From positions 32,426,001 to 32,490,000 of the forward strand of contig OX597822.1 of NCBI GenBank assembly GCA_951406725.2: a DNA stretch of 64,000 bases. Direction: 5' to 3'. Of this stretch, positions 13,091-26,139 are shown piece after piece. A program made the translations under genes and the position numbers. Position 1 is the stretch's first letter; each line of letters opens with the position of its first letter. The notes under the pieces were generated by a model. That model saw nothing but the letters and a program-made list of their open reading frames with translations. It was not told where the DNA came from and did no database searches. This DNA comes from Octopus vulgaris (Eukaryota).

Positions 13091-13733
13091 AAATATATAT
13101 ATATATACACACACACTGAAAATGCTAGGTCCCGCTCTCCTACCTGTGTAGGAAGCGATTTTACCTGAGACTGTATTTTAAAACTAAGGTGATTACATGG
13201 TGTAAGATTCATTTTAGACATTTAAAATGCAGAGGCTCTATTAAAATTACCTTTCCTCTCTTTCATGGATTATAAAAATTTGCGTCGCGTTACTGCGACA
13301 GGGATACAGACTTGTTGCCACTTTAACTGTTTCATACAATAAGGACCAAACAAAAACATATCGAATTTTTTGACTAAACAAGTTCGTACCTTAGCATCTG
13401 TGGAGTCCAATGACAGCACATGTGAAGAACTGAAGACATGGACTGACCTTGATCTCTTGTCATATGTTGTCTTAAGTCACAGGTTCTGCCGTTTTCTCTG
13501 TTTGCAGTTTAGAACGAAAGTAATTTATGATGGCAAGATGTAAATATTGTAAATCTTGATTTTCCTCTCCTCTCTCATGAAAACACAAGGTCTTTGGAAC
13601 GCAATCAAAAAGAAATATGTTATTCATTTGAGCTGCCTTGTAGACCTCACTTAAGTAGAACTCAATATACAGAAAAATATTATTACTTAACTCCCACAAT
13701 TGAACTCGTTAAGAGAAAACCTCTACGCCTCTA

Positions 13734-13901
13734 GGTGCAGGAGTGGCTGTGTGGTAAGTAGCTTGTTTACAAACCACATGGTTCCGGGTTCAGTCCTACG
13801 ACTGTGTGGCACCTTGGGCAAGTGTCTTCTACTATAGCCTCGGGCCGACCAATGCCTTGTGAGTGGATTTGGTAGACGGAAACTGAAAGAAGCCCGTCGT
13901 A

Positions 13902-13945
<44 letters not shown>

Positions 13946-14175
13946 TGTGTGTGTTTGTGTGTCTGTGTTTGTCCCCCTAGCATTGCTTGACAACCGATGC
14001 TGGTGTGTTTATGTCCCCGTTACTTAGCGGTTCGGCAAAAGAGACCGATAGAATAGGTACTGGGCTTACAAAAGAATAAGTCCCAGGGTTGAGTTGCTCG
14101 ATTAAAAGGCGGTGCTCCAGCATGGCCGCAGTCAAATGACTGAAACAAGTAAAAAAGTAAATAAAAAAAGAGTAC
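13734..14175 (+). mobile_element. SINE family C (tRNA head, CORE-like accttgggcaagtg, internal (TA)n(TG)n)
   Basis: Near-identical copies at 45655-46060 and 63140-63554. 3' end gactgaaacaagtaaaa. Confidence 0.88.
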
Positions 14176-16377
14176 ACCATAAACTATTTTTCCAGAAATC
14201 ATTCAGGATGCTCTGTATTTAAGTATTATTGATAATTTCCAGGCATTGAGTTGCACTACGGTGATAGAAATAGCACTTATGTTTTAGTAAAATGAAACGA
14301 CACGTTGCATAAACGCTCTCTCACTCTTCCTTTCTCTCTCTCTCACTCACACTTTCTCTCTCTTTCTCTCTAACTCTAACTCTCTCTCTCTCTCACTCTT
14401 TTCTTCTCTGAAAACAGCCCAGTGAACACAGTCTCATTTGGCTGCGATATATCCGGACTCTCATGACTGAGATTACAAGAGTCCCTTTTAAATTAAATGC
14501 CATTCTGTTTAAGAGTTAACCATCAAGTGCCAGGCATGCTTATTCTCATGCTTAAGAATGCATGGTATTTCCTGGTCCAAGATTCGAACCCACGGCCCAC
14601 TTGTCTACGTACTTTCACTTTCAATAATGTTGTCTATAGCATACAAAGAGACTGTAGCTGAAAGGAACATTTTGATTATACGCCCACTCGAACATGTTTG
14701 CCGTATTTTTCTCCAGCTGCTGCAGCAACCATGTCTTAATATTATTTGAAAACGTACGGAACAGCATTACAGAAATGCTACTACACTACATTAAACATAA
14801 TAACAACATGCACACTCATAGACAAAGTGATTACTCACCAATAATCTGTTAACGATATGTTCGAATATATTTCAATTAAGATGGTAATTAGCAATCGAAT
14901 TCCGAATAATACGGTAATTAACTACTTAATTAATGTAATTAGACAACTACCACGATTCCAAAATTTCCTAGTGATAATGTAATATAAATCAGTAAAGCTC
15001 AACGGTTAGCAGGTGTTTTTATCGCTCTTTTGTTTTCAAAGTTCGCTTTCCGGCGTTGATATTTGCGTAATATTAATTGTTCTTAAAAGTCATCGCATTG
15101 ATATGTCAACATAGTACTGTACACAGTACAAGCTCAAGATATTAAAAAAGCACAAAATGCAGACATTAACTAATTAGATTCAAGATTTCAAAAATATTTG
15201 TAAAATTAATTAATTTCCGGAAATAGTCTGCAACTAAAATTTGCTAGTTGTAATCGATGCTCTACGGAACCCTCTTTAGATGGATGAATCGATAAATCAT
15301 GATTTATAAATATTTGGGACCTTTTATAACTCTATTTGTCTTGTTAAATGTAATAATTAATGAGGTTATTATTTTTCTGTGGATTCTCACATACACTTTC
15401 GGTTAAAGCGTCCGTAGACGCATACATAGGCGATATCACATGCAGAAATGAGTGCTTAAAATAATCTAAATTGAACTTTATTGTAATGTTGACCCTTTCC
15501 TGAGGAAATTACACTGTTGCGAAGACAAATATCGTAGTTCACAAATAGGCAATTAATAATTATTTAATGTGGATTTCCGATGTATGGTATCTTGTTACAG
15601 ACAATAAAATCAAACTTTTGCAGAATTATAGAGTGTGGTGTTGCAAAAATTAAGTTTTATATGCATAAATAAGCGTAATTAAGCAGCCACACAGATACAC
15701 ACGTACATACATTCACATATACACATATAGAGTCACACACACACATACACATACATACATATATTCGATGTAAAAGAAAGGATAATCATGTGCGTAATCG
15801 GTTGAATTCTTTGGCGTTAGCTAATATGGATGTAATAACTGTGAGGTGTGTATTTTAACTTGAGAATAACTAAGGAGTATTTACACGATAAAGTTCCAAA
15901 GAATTCCAGGATTTAATGAGAAAGAACTACTAACAAAATATGGCTAAAAATTCGAGAAAAAGTCTTGAAAATGTTACGAAGAAGTAACACATTCGAATGT
16001 ATATCTAACTGTTACACTATTTTATAGACATTACAGAAATCACTTTCGCATCCAGCTTGCAATACACAGAAACCATATTATTGCTTCTACTTCCCAATAA
16101 AATTACTATTTTCGGCAAATGTATTGATTCTGAAGAAAGGGGCTACATTCATAATCTTCACAGGCACTTCCAAACTGATATCAACATTACCGTTAGAAGC
16201 AACCCTAACACGAACAATCTCAGCATCGTATTCTTCCTGACATAAAATAAAACTAACACATCAGCCGTTGAACAACATCGACTACGCGATAACAGCTACA
16301 AAGTGTATGTGACTTATTTCTCTGATCTGAACATTATTTTGTCATTTATACCTATCTTTTCTTTTATTGTCTACTGT

Positions 16378-17090
<713 letters not shown>

Positions 17091-17718
17091 TTTTGAAATC
17101 TGTGGTGATCAACGGGAAAATATTCTAATGTCTGACAGAATATAAAGATAAATAATGACTTGCTTAGTTTTGCACATTTTCAGTTATCCTTTTTCCCGTT
17201 GTCTTCCACCTTTCTCCCACCCTCTCTCTCACTCGTTCTTTGAAGTCGATAGGTGAGCAGATTACATCCACACGGATACACACTTTCAGACACACACATG
17301 TGGTTTGATTTATCGGTAGATCGGTTGAAAGGTATACAGATACACAAAGCGATAGACAAACAGATATTCATGCATATAACTACACAAGTGATGTACATAC
17401 GTTATATATCCATCTAAATCTATTATTCATTGCCACATATTTGTATATCAACAATCAGTTGTATTAAGCGAATACTTGAAAATTGTTTCCGTATGAAGAT
17501 GCTGTACGAAATATATTCTTATCATCTCATCCACGAATACATTTAATGAGTATTAAATATTAAATCCATTACGGGAAGTGACATGTTAACTTGAATTTAC
17601 TCCCAATGCCTTAGAAGATAGTATAATTAAGGGAACAATAACCACATATTTTACATTACCATCTCCTTCCCTCTTAATAATTTTTCTCAGTCACTTTCTC
17701 TGTACATATATACAGATA

Positions 17719-17758
<40 letters not shown>

Positions 17759-17910
17759 TATATATATTTGTGCATGTATATTAATATATGCATACACATT
17801 TCTACATATATACATATAAATATGTATGTTTATATATATGAATATATATATACATACATATATATATATATATTATTCATATATACACAGACACACACAA
17901 GCACATACTC

Positions 17911-18096
<186 letters not shown>

Positions 18097-18145
18097 ATAT
18101 ATATCCATATATATATATATATGTAGAATGTATATATATATATAA

Positions 18146-18450
18146 TTCAGTTAGAGGCTATGTTAACCTCATGAAGCTGTCATCCGTAATCCTCTCATCC
18201 AAGGAATCACTGGTTCAATACCCTATATTTGTGGTGAGGAATCGATTTCATAAAAATAATAGGTTTCTATATAAAGTTCCCTTTATATCCAGGTAAAGGG
18301 TGAAGAATAAATGGGAGATTTCGGAGTTAATAAGAGTTTATTATCTTGAACAAATCGATCATTATCCCTTACAGCTGTTTCGATTATGCACAGGGAAATT
18401 AATTAAATATTAAATTAATATTTCTTACCATGATCTCTTCAGATGTTATG
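18146..18450 (-). mobile_element. Putative PLE-type 3' terminus with hammerhead, abutting (TA)n
   Basis: Unique ~300-bp block that starts at a TA array and contains a canonical HHR core on the - strand. No ORF. Confidence 0.5.
18366..18447 (-). ncRNA. Type I hammerhead ribozyme motif, long helix II
   Basis: - strand: CTGAAGA-GATCATG...CATAATC-GAAA-CAGCTG-TA. Canonical core and palindromic helix III ACAGCTGT. Helix I is weak. Confidence 0.65.
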
Positions 18451-19456
18451 CATGTGTGTTTGTTTGAAGATTCAGAAAAACAAACAAACAAACATACATA
18501 ACGTTTAAGGGTATATATTTTCCCTCTGAAGAAATAATGCGCAGATATGTGAAATTAATATTTAATTAACTTCACTGTGTATAACTGAAACTGCTGTCAG
18601 CGATAATGATCGATTTATTGCTGATAATAAACTCTTAACTCCAAAATCTTCATTTACTTCTTTTTCTTTTGCACACACACACATACACATACACACACAT
18701 ACACACACGCACACATATATACACACACACATACATACACACACGCACATATAGACACGCACACATATAGACACACATAGACACACATATACACACACAC
18801 ATATACACACACATATAGACACACACACATATATAGACACACATACATACATACATTACATACAGAAAGATATACGTACATACATACATATTTCTGAGCG
18901 AACGTGTTGATGTTCGTTCTTGTCACAGAGTTTGTTGAAGGATGATATATGTACATACATTCCCAATACTTTTGGAGTACGCAAAAAAAAAGCGAGATTG
19001 TGTACAACATTTAGGATTAATAATTTATCTATGGCAACAGGTGTTTCACTATGTGTAAGTAATTTTCCCTATTTCTTTTTCTATTCATGGGTAGATGTAG
19101 ATGTAGTATATAAATGTAATCACACCAATTATGCATTATTTACATTAACGTTTAAAGTTCAGTTACTTACAGATAAAACTGTTTATTTAAATATCCCATG
19201 TTCCATAAAGGGAAACCTCGCCGAAGGTCATTTCGCTTGCTTCACCCTTCTCACTCACCGTCAAGAGTTGCTTGTGAAGTATATTACTCGGGTTAGTAGA
19301 CAAACGTTTCCCATAGACACACAGGTACGACGTTTCTCCAACAGACACAACTTAAAGGTCTCTTCAGATGCACACCCAACATGAAAATTATATTAGCAAA
19401 TTGCCCAAAAAATGTGAGAGGATACTTGTTGCTCATACAAGGAGAACAGTGACTGC

Positions 19457-19489
<33 letters not shown>

Positions 19490-19492
<3 letters not shown>

Positions 19493-20510
19493 ATGGGGAG
19501 GCAATGCGAGGCTGAGGGAATAATTTATGAGGCTCTGGTGGTACCCAGACCTAGCGACCTTTGTACTCGCAGCAACGGTTCACCCAACTACATCGATAGG
19601 GGCAGGAGTGTCAGAAACGCTTGCTCTGATGCCAACGACCGAAACAGTAGCGCTACGGCAAGAGATGATGACCGAGCAAACACCAGCAGCACCAGTGAAG
19701 CTGCTGATCCCATGCCCGGTATTACCTACGACAGCACCACATCACCATCGGTCACAGCAGCAGCTACACTACGGCCAGGGATGACTACTACAACGACAAC
19801 AATCACAGCAATATCGCCAGACCCATGCTCCGTAATAAAAAACACCTATAACAGCTCCAAGAACTACAGCGGCAACATCGTCAGGCTAGAGCCGACGGAG
19901 GATGCACCGTAAATGTGTACACAACTAACACCAAGCGGTGGCTATAGGAGTCCGGAAAGACGATGAGTCACATACCTTGCAAGTAGGTGAGGCGCCGTAA
20001 AGATGAAAGGACCCCATGAATGGGTCTCAAGATGAAGGGAACTGGTGCTGAAGTGTTCTCAAGTAGAGGATCATAGAGCGGCCAGGATTCTATATTCACG
20101 GGGGTAGATATGCAAGCTGAGCGAGCAACGATGCTCAATGATTCAGTGGGAGCAGAATTGTTAAATACCCGATACGAAATTTATTACACCTGCATCCATT
20201 TCAAACGCTACCTGCTGGAAGCAAGGGATCCCCCACTCATCGATTAGATCCGAAAAGTTCTAGAGGCAACCTAAGTGGGAGTTCTCCGTTCGCCATTTTG
20301 GCCCATATTAACTTGCCTAAAGGATATAATCCGTACTCGCCGACCTGGATTGTTTATTCTTTGTTTATTAACTGACATTAAAGGATTTCTGCCTCCGCAG
20401 TTTGACGAGCTATATGGCCTTCAATATGAGAGTCTGGCGAACCGTCCATAGGTTTGAGAGCTACATGGATGCGAAACCATTGGTCAATCTGTAACCGGAC
20501 ATATACTTAA
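19490..20510 (+). mobile_element. Decayed PLE 3' fragment (Naiad-like GIY-YIG C-terminus + 3' hammerhead)
   Basis: GRQCEAEGIIYEALV at 19493, KNYSG near 19860, TYLAS, RIIER, and LNTRYEIYYTCIHFKRYLL at 20161 parallel the motifs of the 57.5-59.2 kb element. HHR at 20397-20491. The 5' junction is in (TG)n. Confidence 0.68.
20397..20491 (+). ncRNA. Type I hammerhead ribozyme motif, long helix II
   Basis: CAGT-TTGACGA-GCTATATGGC...GCTACATGGATGC-GAAA-CC-ATT-GG-TC|AATCTG. C3->U variant, predicted GUC cleavage after 20485. Confidence 0.65.
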
Positions 20511-20519
20511 CAACATATA

Positions 20520-20705
20520 TATTTCTTTACTACCCACAAGGCGCTAAACACAGAGGGGACAAACAAGGACAGACAAACGTATTAAGTCGATTACATCGAC
20601 CCCAGTGCGTAACTGGTACTTAATTTATCGACCCTGAAAGGATGAAAGGCAAAGTCGACCTCGGCGGAATTTGAACCCAGAACGTAACGGCAGACGAAAT
20701 ACGGC
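20520..20705 (-). mobile_element. 5'-truncated SINE family B
   Basis: Reverse complement of the family B body. Confidence 0.85.
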
Positions 20706-20728
20706 TGTGTGTGTGTACGTATACATAT

Positions 20729-20759
<31 letters not shown>

Positions 20760-22520
20760 ATGTAGAAAGATAGATAGATAGGTATTCATACATACAGAGC
20801 ACATAGATTGAAATGTCTCTTGTTCTATCGTCCTGATTTGTAACTTGTGAGTTGTACCATGCGCAGTGTCCGATCATTACTTAGAGACACTGGGCGGTTT
20901 ATAAAAACCTGCCTAGATCATGTCTCTAACGCATGTAACTATTATCTCATAACTACATACTGTGTATTTCTAACTATATAAAAGTGTTTGTGTGTAATTC
21001 TAATGGTGCTTTCATCAGTGGCTGTCAATGGGAAATCCTTAACATTAAATTACTGATTGATGTAAACTGTAGTGATATATTGGGATAAACAGCAGGACGT
21101 AACAGAGGAGACCGACAATATCACTATTACTTCTATTCACATGGATTTGTATATTTACTTTCACAGTGAAACCATTTTATTTTTCATTACGTTTACATTA
21201 TATGATCTATAAAATTTCCAGTGTCTTTTCGTCTGAGCCATTATTGTATTTCCTTATATAATCGTTCTGAACAAATTCATTTGATATATTCGAAAATCTC
21301 TGCTGGATATTTATCTATTATATTAGTAGAAAGCACATTCAAGTAAATACTCTTAGACAATAAATTTCAGCATGAATAAAGGCGCAGGCGATTGAACAAG
21401 TACCCGGCTGAACAAAACGAAATACTGGGGTCGATTCATTCGACTAAAAATTCTTTAAGGCAGTGCCCCAGCACGGCCGCAGTCTGACGATTGAAACAAT
21501 AAGAAATGAAAGGTAAAATATCGATTACTGAAACTGCTTCTTAATTTCATTTTACCAAGGGAAAGTATTTGTAACAGATTACTAAATTTCTTCTATGCGC
21601 ACCGTTACGTTCTTGTGTTATCTACAATATTCCATCATCTCTCAACATATAAGAAACGATTTCCTATTAAAGCACGAAATCTGTCATTCTTCAATGAAGG
21701 TAACACACGAGTTAGTTTACTGGTATGCGGCTCAAACTCAAGTAAAGGTTGATGCAATTAATACTGCAAATACTATTTATATGCACATCAAAATCTGAGA
21801 TAAACGGTTCCGAGCAGAAACACGTACTTCAGTCATGCTTTTAAGCTACACTTTTTCTAAGATAAATATTCAATCTATGTATGTACATACATTATCGCCG
21901 CAGGAATCAACGCAATTTCGAGTCTTCAACCGATACTATTGGTTCCCCATGGAGGGGCCGGGACTAAAAGGAAAGCAAACAATGTGAAGAATGTGCATAT
22001 AAATAAAATGAAATAAATAAACAGAATAGGGCCTTGGGACCAGACAAGAGACGAACATATGATTAACGCCAGGAGGAATATCCTGAAGATTAGAAACGGG
22101 AGAACAGAGAGACAGCGAAACCTGCTTAAAGCTGGAGAAACAGACAGCAGCACAGAAGCGTAGAAAATGAAGGTGAAAAGAGGGAGAGAGAGAGAGGGGC
22201 AGAGAAATAAATGAGAAAGATAGGATGAAAGAGAGACAAACGAAGAGAGAAACACATCTGTCCACTAATGATCTCGTGTTGAATATTATTTCTTTTCAGG
22301 CCGATAAATAAAGTACCAATTTCGCACTTAATCACTTTGTCTGTCCTTCTTTGTCCCCTCTATGATTAGGTTCCGCTCGTAATGAGGTATTCTTTGACTC
22401 ATAAATATATATATATATGTGTGTGTATGTATGTATGTATATGTTTGTGTATGCATGTATATATGTGTGTGTGTATGTATGTATATATGTGTCTGTGTGT
22501 ATGTATGTGTGTATGCCTAC

Positions 22521-22562
<42 letters not shown>

Positions 22563-22564
<2 letters not shown>

Positions 22565-22660
22565 CGGGAAGCTTTATGAAAATAAACAAAAGACGAAGGC
22601 AGGTGGAAAACAAACGAACAATTGTATTAGTATGGCGCTCAGGAAATATAAATAAAACAA
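22563..22660 (-). mobile_element. ~100-bp 3' terminus of the Neptune-like PLE family
   Basis: aacgggaagctttatgaaaataaacaaaagacgaaggcagg... is near-identical to 47413 and 27623. (TA)n on both sides. Confidence 0.8.
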
Positions 22661-22689
22661 GTGTGCACTATATATATACATATATATAC

Positions 22690-22744
<55 letters not shown>

Positions 22745-22748
<4 letters not shown>

Positions 22749-22940
22749 TAATCCAAACGGGAAAACAGAAAAAACAACAACACGTGGAACAATTACAGTA
22801 TTATTATTATTAGGCGCTCAGGAAAATGGAAGAAGGAGGGTATGACGTTTCGAGCGGAGCTCTTCGTCGGAAACATAGGAGAAAGAAAGATCCCGAGATG
22901 GGAGGACAGAGGGAAAAAAATGCAGGTAGTCTTCACGACA
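22745..22940 (-). mobile_element. PLE-type 3' terminus (second subfamily) with hammerhead motif
   Basis: Homologous to 61835-62048 in the opposite orientation. Carries the minimal HHR. Inserted in (TA)n. Confidence 0.72.
22840..22874 (-). ncRNA. Minimal type I hammerhead motif
   Basis: - strand: GTTT-CCGACGAA-GAGC-TCC-GCTC-GAAA-CG-TC|ATAC. Loop-less ACGT helix III. Confidence 0.7.
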
Positions 22941-23233
22941 TATATATGTGTGTGTGTGCACTATATTTGATAAAATAACCCTGCTTCCCAGCACGCAACT
23001 ATAAGACCATAAATAAATCGAAACACATGCGTGTGGGTACGCAAATAATCGGCACGCGCACACGTACATATATATACAGCAGCCACACAAACACACACAC
23101 ACAAACACACACACACATACAGACACACACACACATATATATATATATATATCACACACACACAAATATATATATATGTATATGTATTTATATATATATA
23201 TCACACACACACATAAATATATACATATATATA

Positions 23234-23278
<45 letters not shown>

Positions 23279-23316
23279 TATGTATTTATATATATATATC
23301 ACACACACACACATAA

Positions 23317-23368
<52 letters not shown>

Positions 23369-25429
23369 GCATATGATGTATGTATATCGCGTGTTGGGTG
23401 TATGATGTTTGTATTTATACATGTAACTAAATGTATCTATGCTTAAGAATTATATCTTTTAACGTGTATCTGTGCGTTAAATCTAATATATGCACAATAA
23501 ACTATATTTTGACTTATAAAATTTTACGAATGATTATTTTATTCAAAGTTCTAAGTTCAGGCTATGATCTCTAATATTTTATTTTAGTCATAAATATCAA
23601 TTATGTCTTTCTAATTGTTGGAACTTCATTTCTAATTGTTTATATTTTTATTTTCTCTTGATTTTTAATGTTGCTCGAAAAGATCGCCTTTTAAATTAAT
23701 TTTATTTATAGATAATTGATTTCGATTTAATAAGATCTCTATTTTCTAATAAATTGAGCAGGGTTGTTCTTCAGCAACCATTACATTTAAAATGGCATTT
23801 TATTAATTCAAAAGAACTCTTTAAATGTAATTACGAGCATAATAAATGAATGTTATTTCTTTATTCTTTATTCGCCCTCTCTTGCTCTTAATCTCTCACT
23901 CCATCTCTCTCTATATATATCTCTCTCACCCTCTCTATCTATATCTCTCTCTAACTCAAGTCATTTATCTTTCTATATCTCACTCTATCCATCTCAACTT
24001 TGCGTACTTATTTTCACTACATATTCATTATTTTTACGGTTTTTGGTCAATCGTATCGATTAAGATACAGAGTACTCACCTCGAAATTAGAAAGTAAAAT
24101 CCTACAATTAAAACTTCCTATATAAATTTCATTTGTATTGTCAATAAAGCTGACAAATCTTGAGATTTCTGAAACATCAATGTGTATAATTTACACCTAA
24201 TGCTGAAATCAGAGGCAAAAATAGTTGATTATTGTCAGTTTTATTGTAAACATAATGCAGTTTATTAAACGTAATAATATTTCTATGTATATATGATTTT
24301 ATATTAACTAGGTAAGTGATGGTAAAAGTAATAGTTTCTTGTTTTTCCCATTCGTGATAATATATGTTATTGGAATAGGTTTCAATGCATGAGTATAAAT
24401 TTGCTCTCGTTCTGACAGAGGCTTGTCTGCTGGGTTTACTCTTTACCTGATTGGTTACATCCATCACATTAATCTATCTGTGGTTCTTTCTATGCTCTTA
24501 TACATGCCCTCTGCCACACATAAATACGTACATACATATGTGTGTGCATATTTATGTGTGTTTTAGTATAATTGTGTGTGCATGTGTTTCTAGATATTTA
24601 TACTTTTTTGTCCTACATCTTCAATTTATCATCCTACGTATCTATGTCACCATTTTTCATTATTTGTTTCTCAACGACTTTTATATTCGACACAATACAC
24701 TCGTTATCTCTTTGTGTCTCTGTGGTTCATATTTTACCTCCGTCTTTCTCTTTCTCTCTCTATCTATCTATTTATATCTTGTTCTTTCGCTTTCGTTAGC
24801 TTTCTCTCTCTCTCTCTTTCCCCTTCTAAATCTCATTTTATCTCTCTTCCCCCCCTCTCTCACTGTATCTTCATTCTTTTACCTCTTGCTCTCACAACAT
24901 GTATGCACAATAAGATCATGTTTCTTTATCTAAACTTAAAACAAACAATCTGTGCCATAATAAGATATCGATCTCCATGGGATCAATATATCAGATAATA
25001 TCAGCTACGATTAATTGATTAGCAATTTTTTAATTCTTCCTTAACAACACTAAGTCACACTATGCATAATGAATACAAACTCTCACACGCATTAATACAA
25101 TCAATGAGACAAGGACACCCTTTCCAATGACACACAAATACAGTTCAATATCAGCACATACATACACATACATATATACATACGTGCATACATACACATA
25201 TACATATATACATGCATATATACATACATGTACATATATACATGCATATATACATACATATATTTATATATATATATATATCGTCTGCATATGCACGTAT
25301 GTATGTGTGCATATAATATATATATATATATCGTATGCATATACACGTATGTATGTGTATATATATATATAGCGTATGCATATGCACGTATGTATGTATG
25401 TATATATATATATATAGCGTATGCATATA

Positions 25430-25498
<69 letters not shown>

Positions 25499-26081
25499 CA
25501 TACATACACTGAAAGAGAGAGACATACAGACAGACACAGTTGAAAGTGTGTATAAACGAATGCATGTATGCAATTTACATGCGTACTCAGTAAACTGTAC
25601 TTGCTTCAAAGTAACTTTTCTTTCAAAAATACCCACAGACTTATCAGTGCATTTTGTTTTCCATTGTGTCTAGCTGTTGCTATCTGACATATCTCAGGGG
25701 GATGGAACTAACAAAGTGTCCATTCAAAACCGTCGCTAGTGATAAGCGATTATATATGTTTTATGTATTAAAGATAATTAAAGCACCAAATGACTGCCTC
25801 GGAGGGAATTATCGACACATTAGAAGCATAGTGTGGGTTCCAAAGCCTGGCCGATGCGTTGTTAAGAATGTTCTTCATTGACAACATTAATACTGGCTAG
25901 AATCATTATTAGTCAAATGTATTTGCGCGCACACACGTATATATACACACGCAAATACACATTCACATACGTATAAACACTCACTCACATGCACACATGC
26001 ACGCTTGCAATACATGCGTACACGTGAATGCACACACGCTGTCCCACACACGTGCGTGTGTGTGTGCGTCTGTATATTTTA

Positions 26082-26135
<54 letters not shown>

Positions 26136-26139
26136 AGAA

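Noticed and set aside
19325-19372. - strand CTGAAGA...GAAACGTC
   Set aside because: Helix II does not close at the core and there are no homologous copies in the window.
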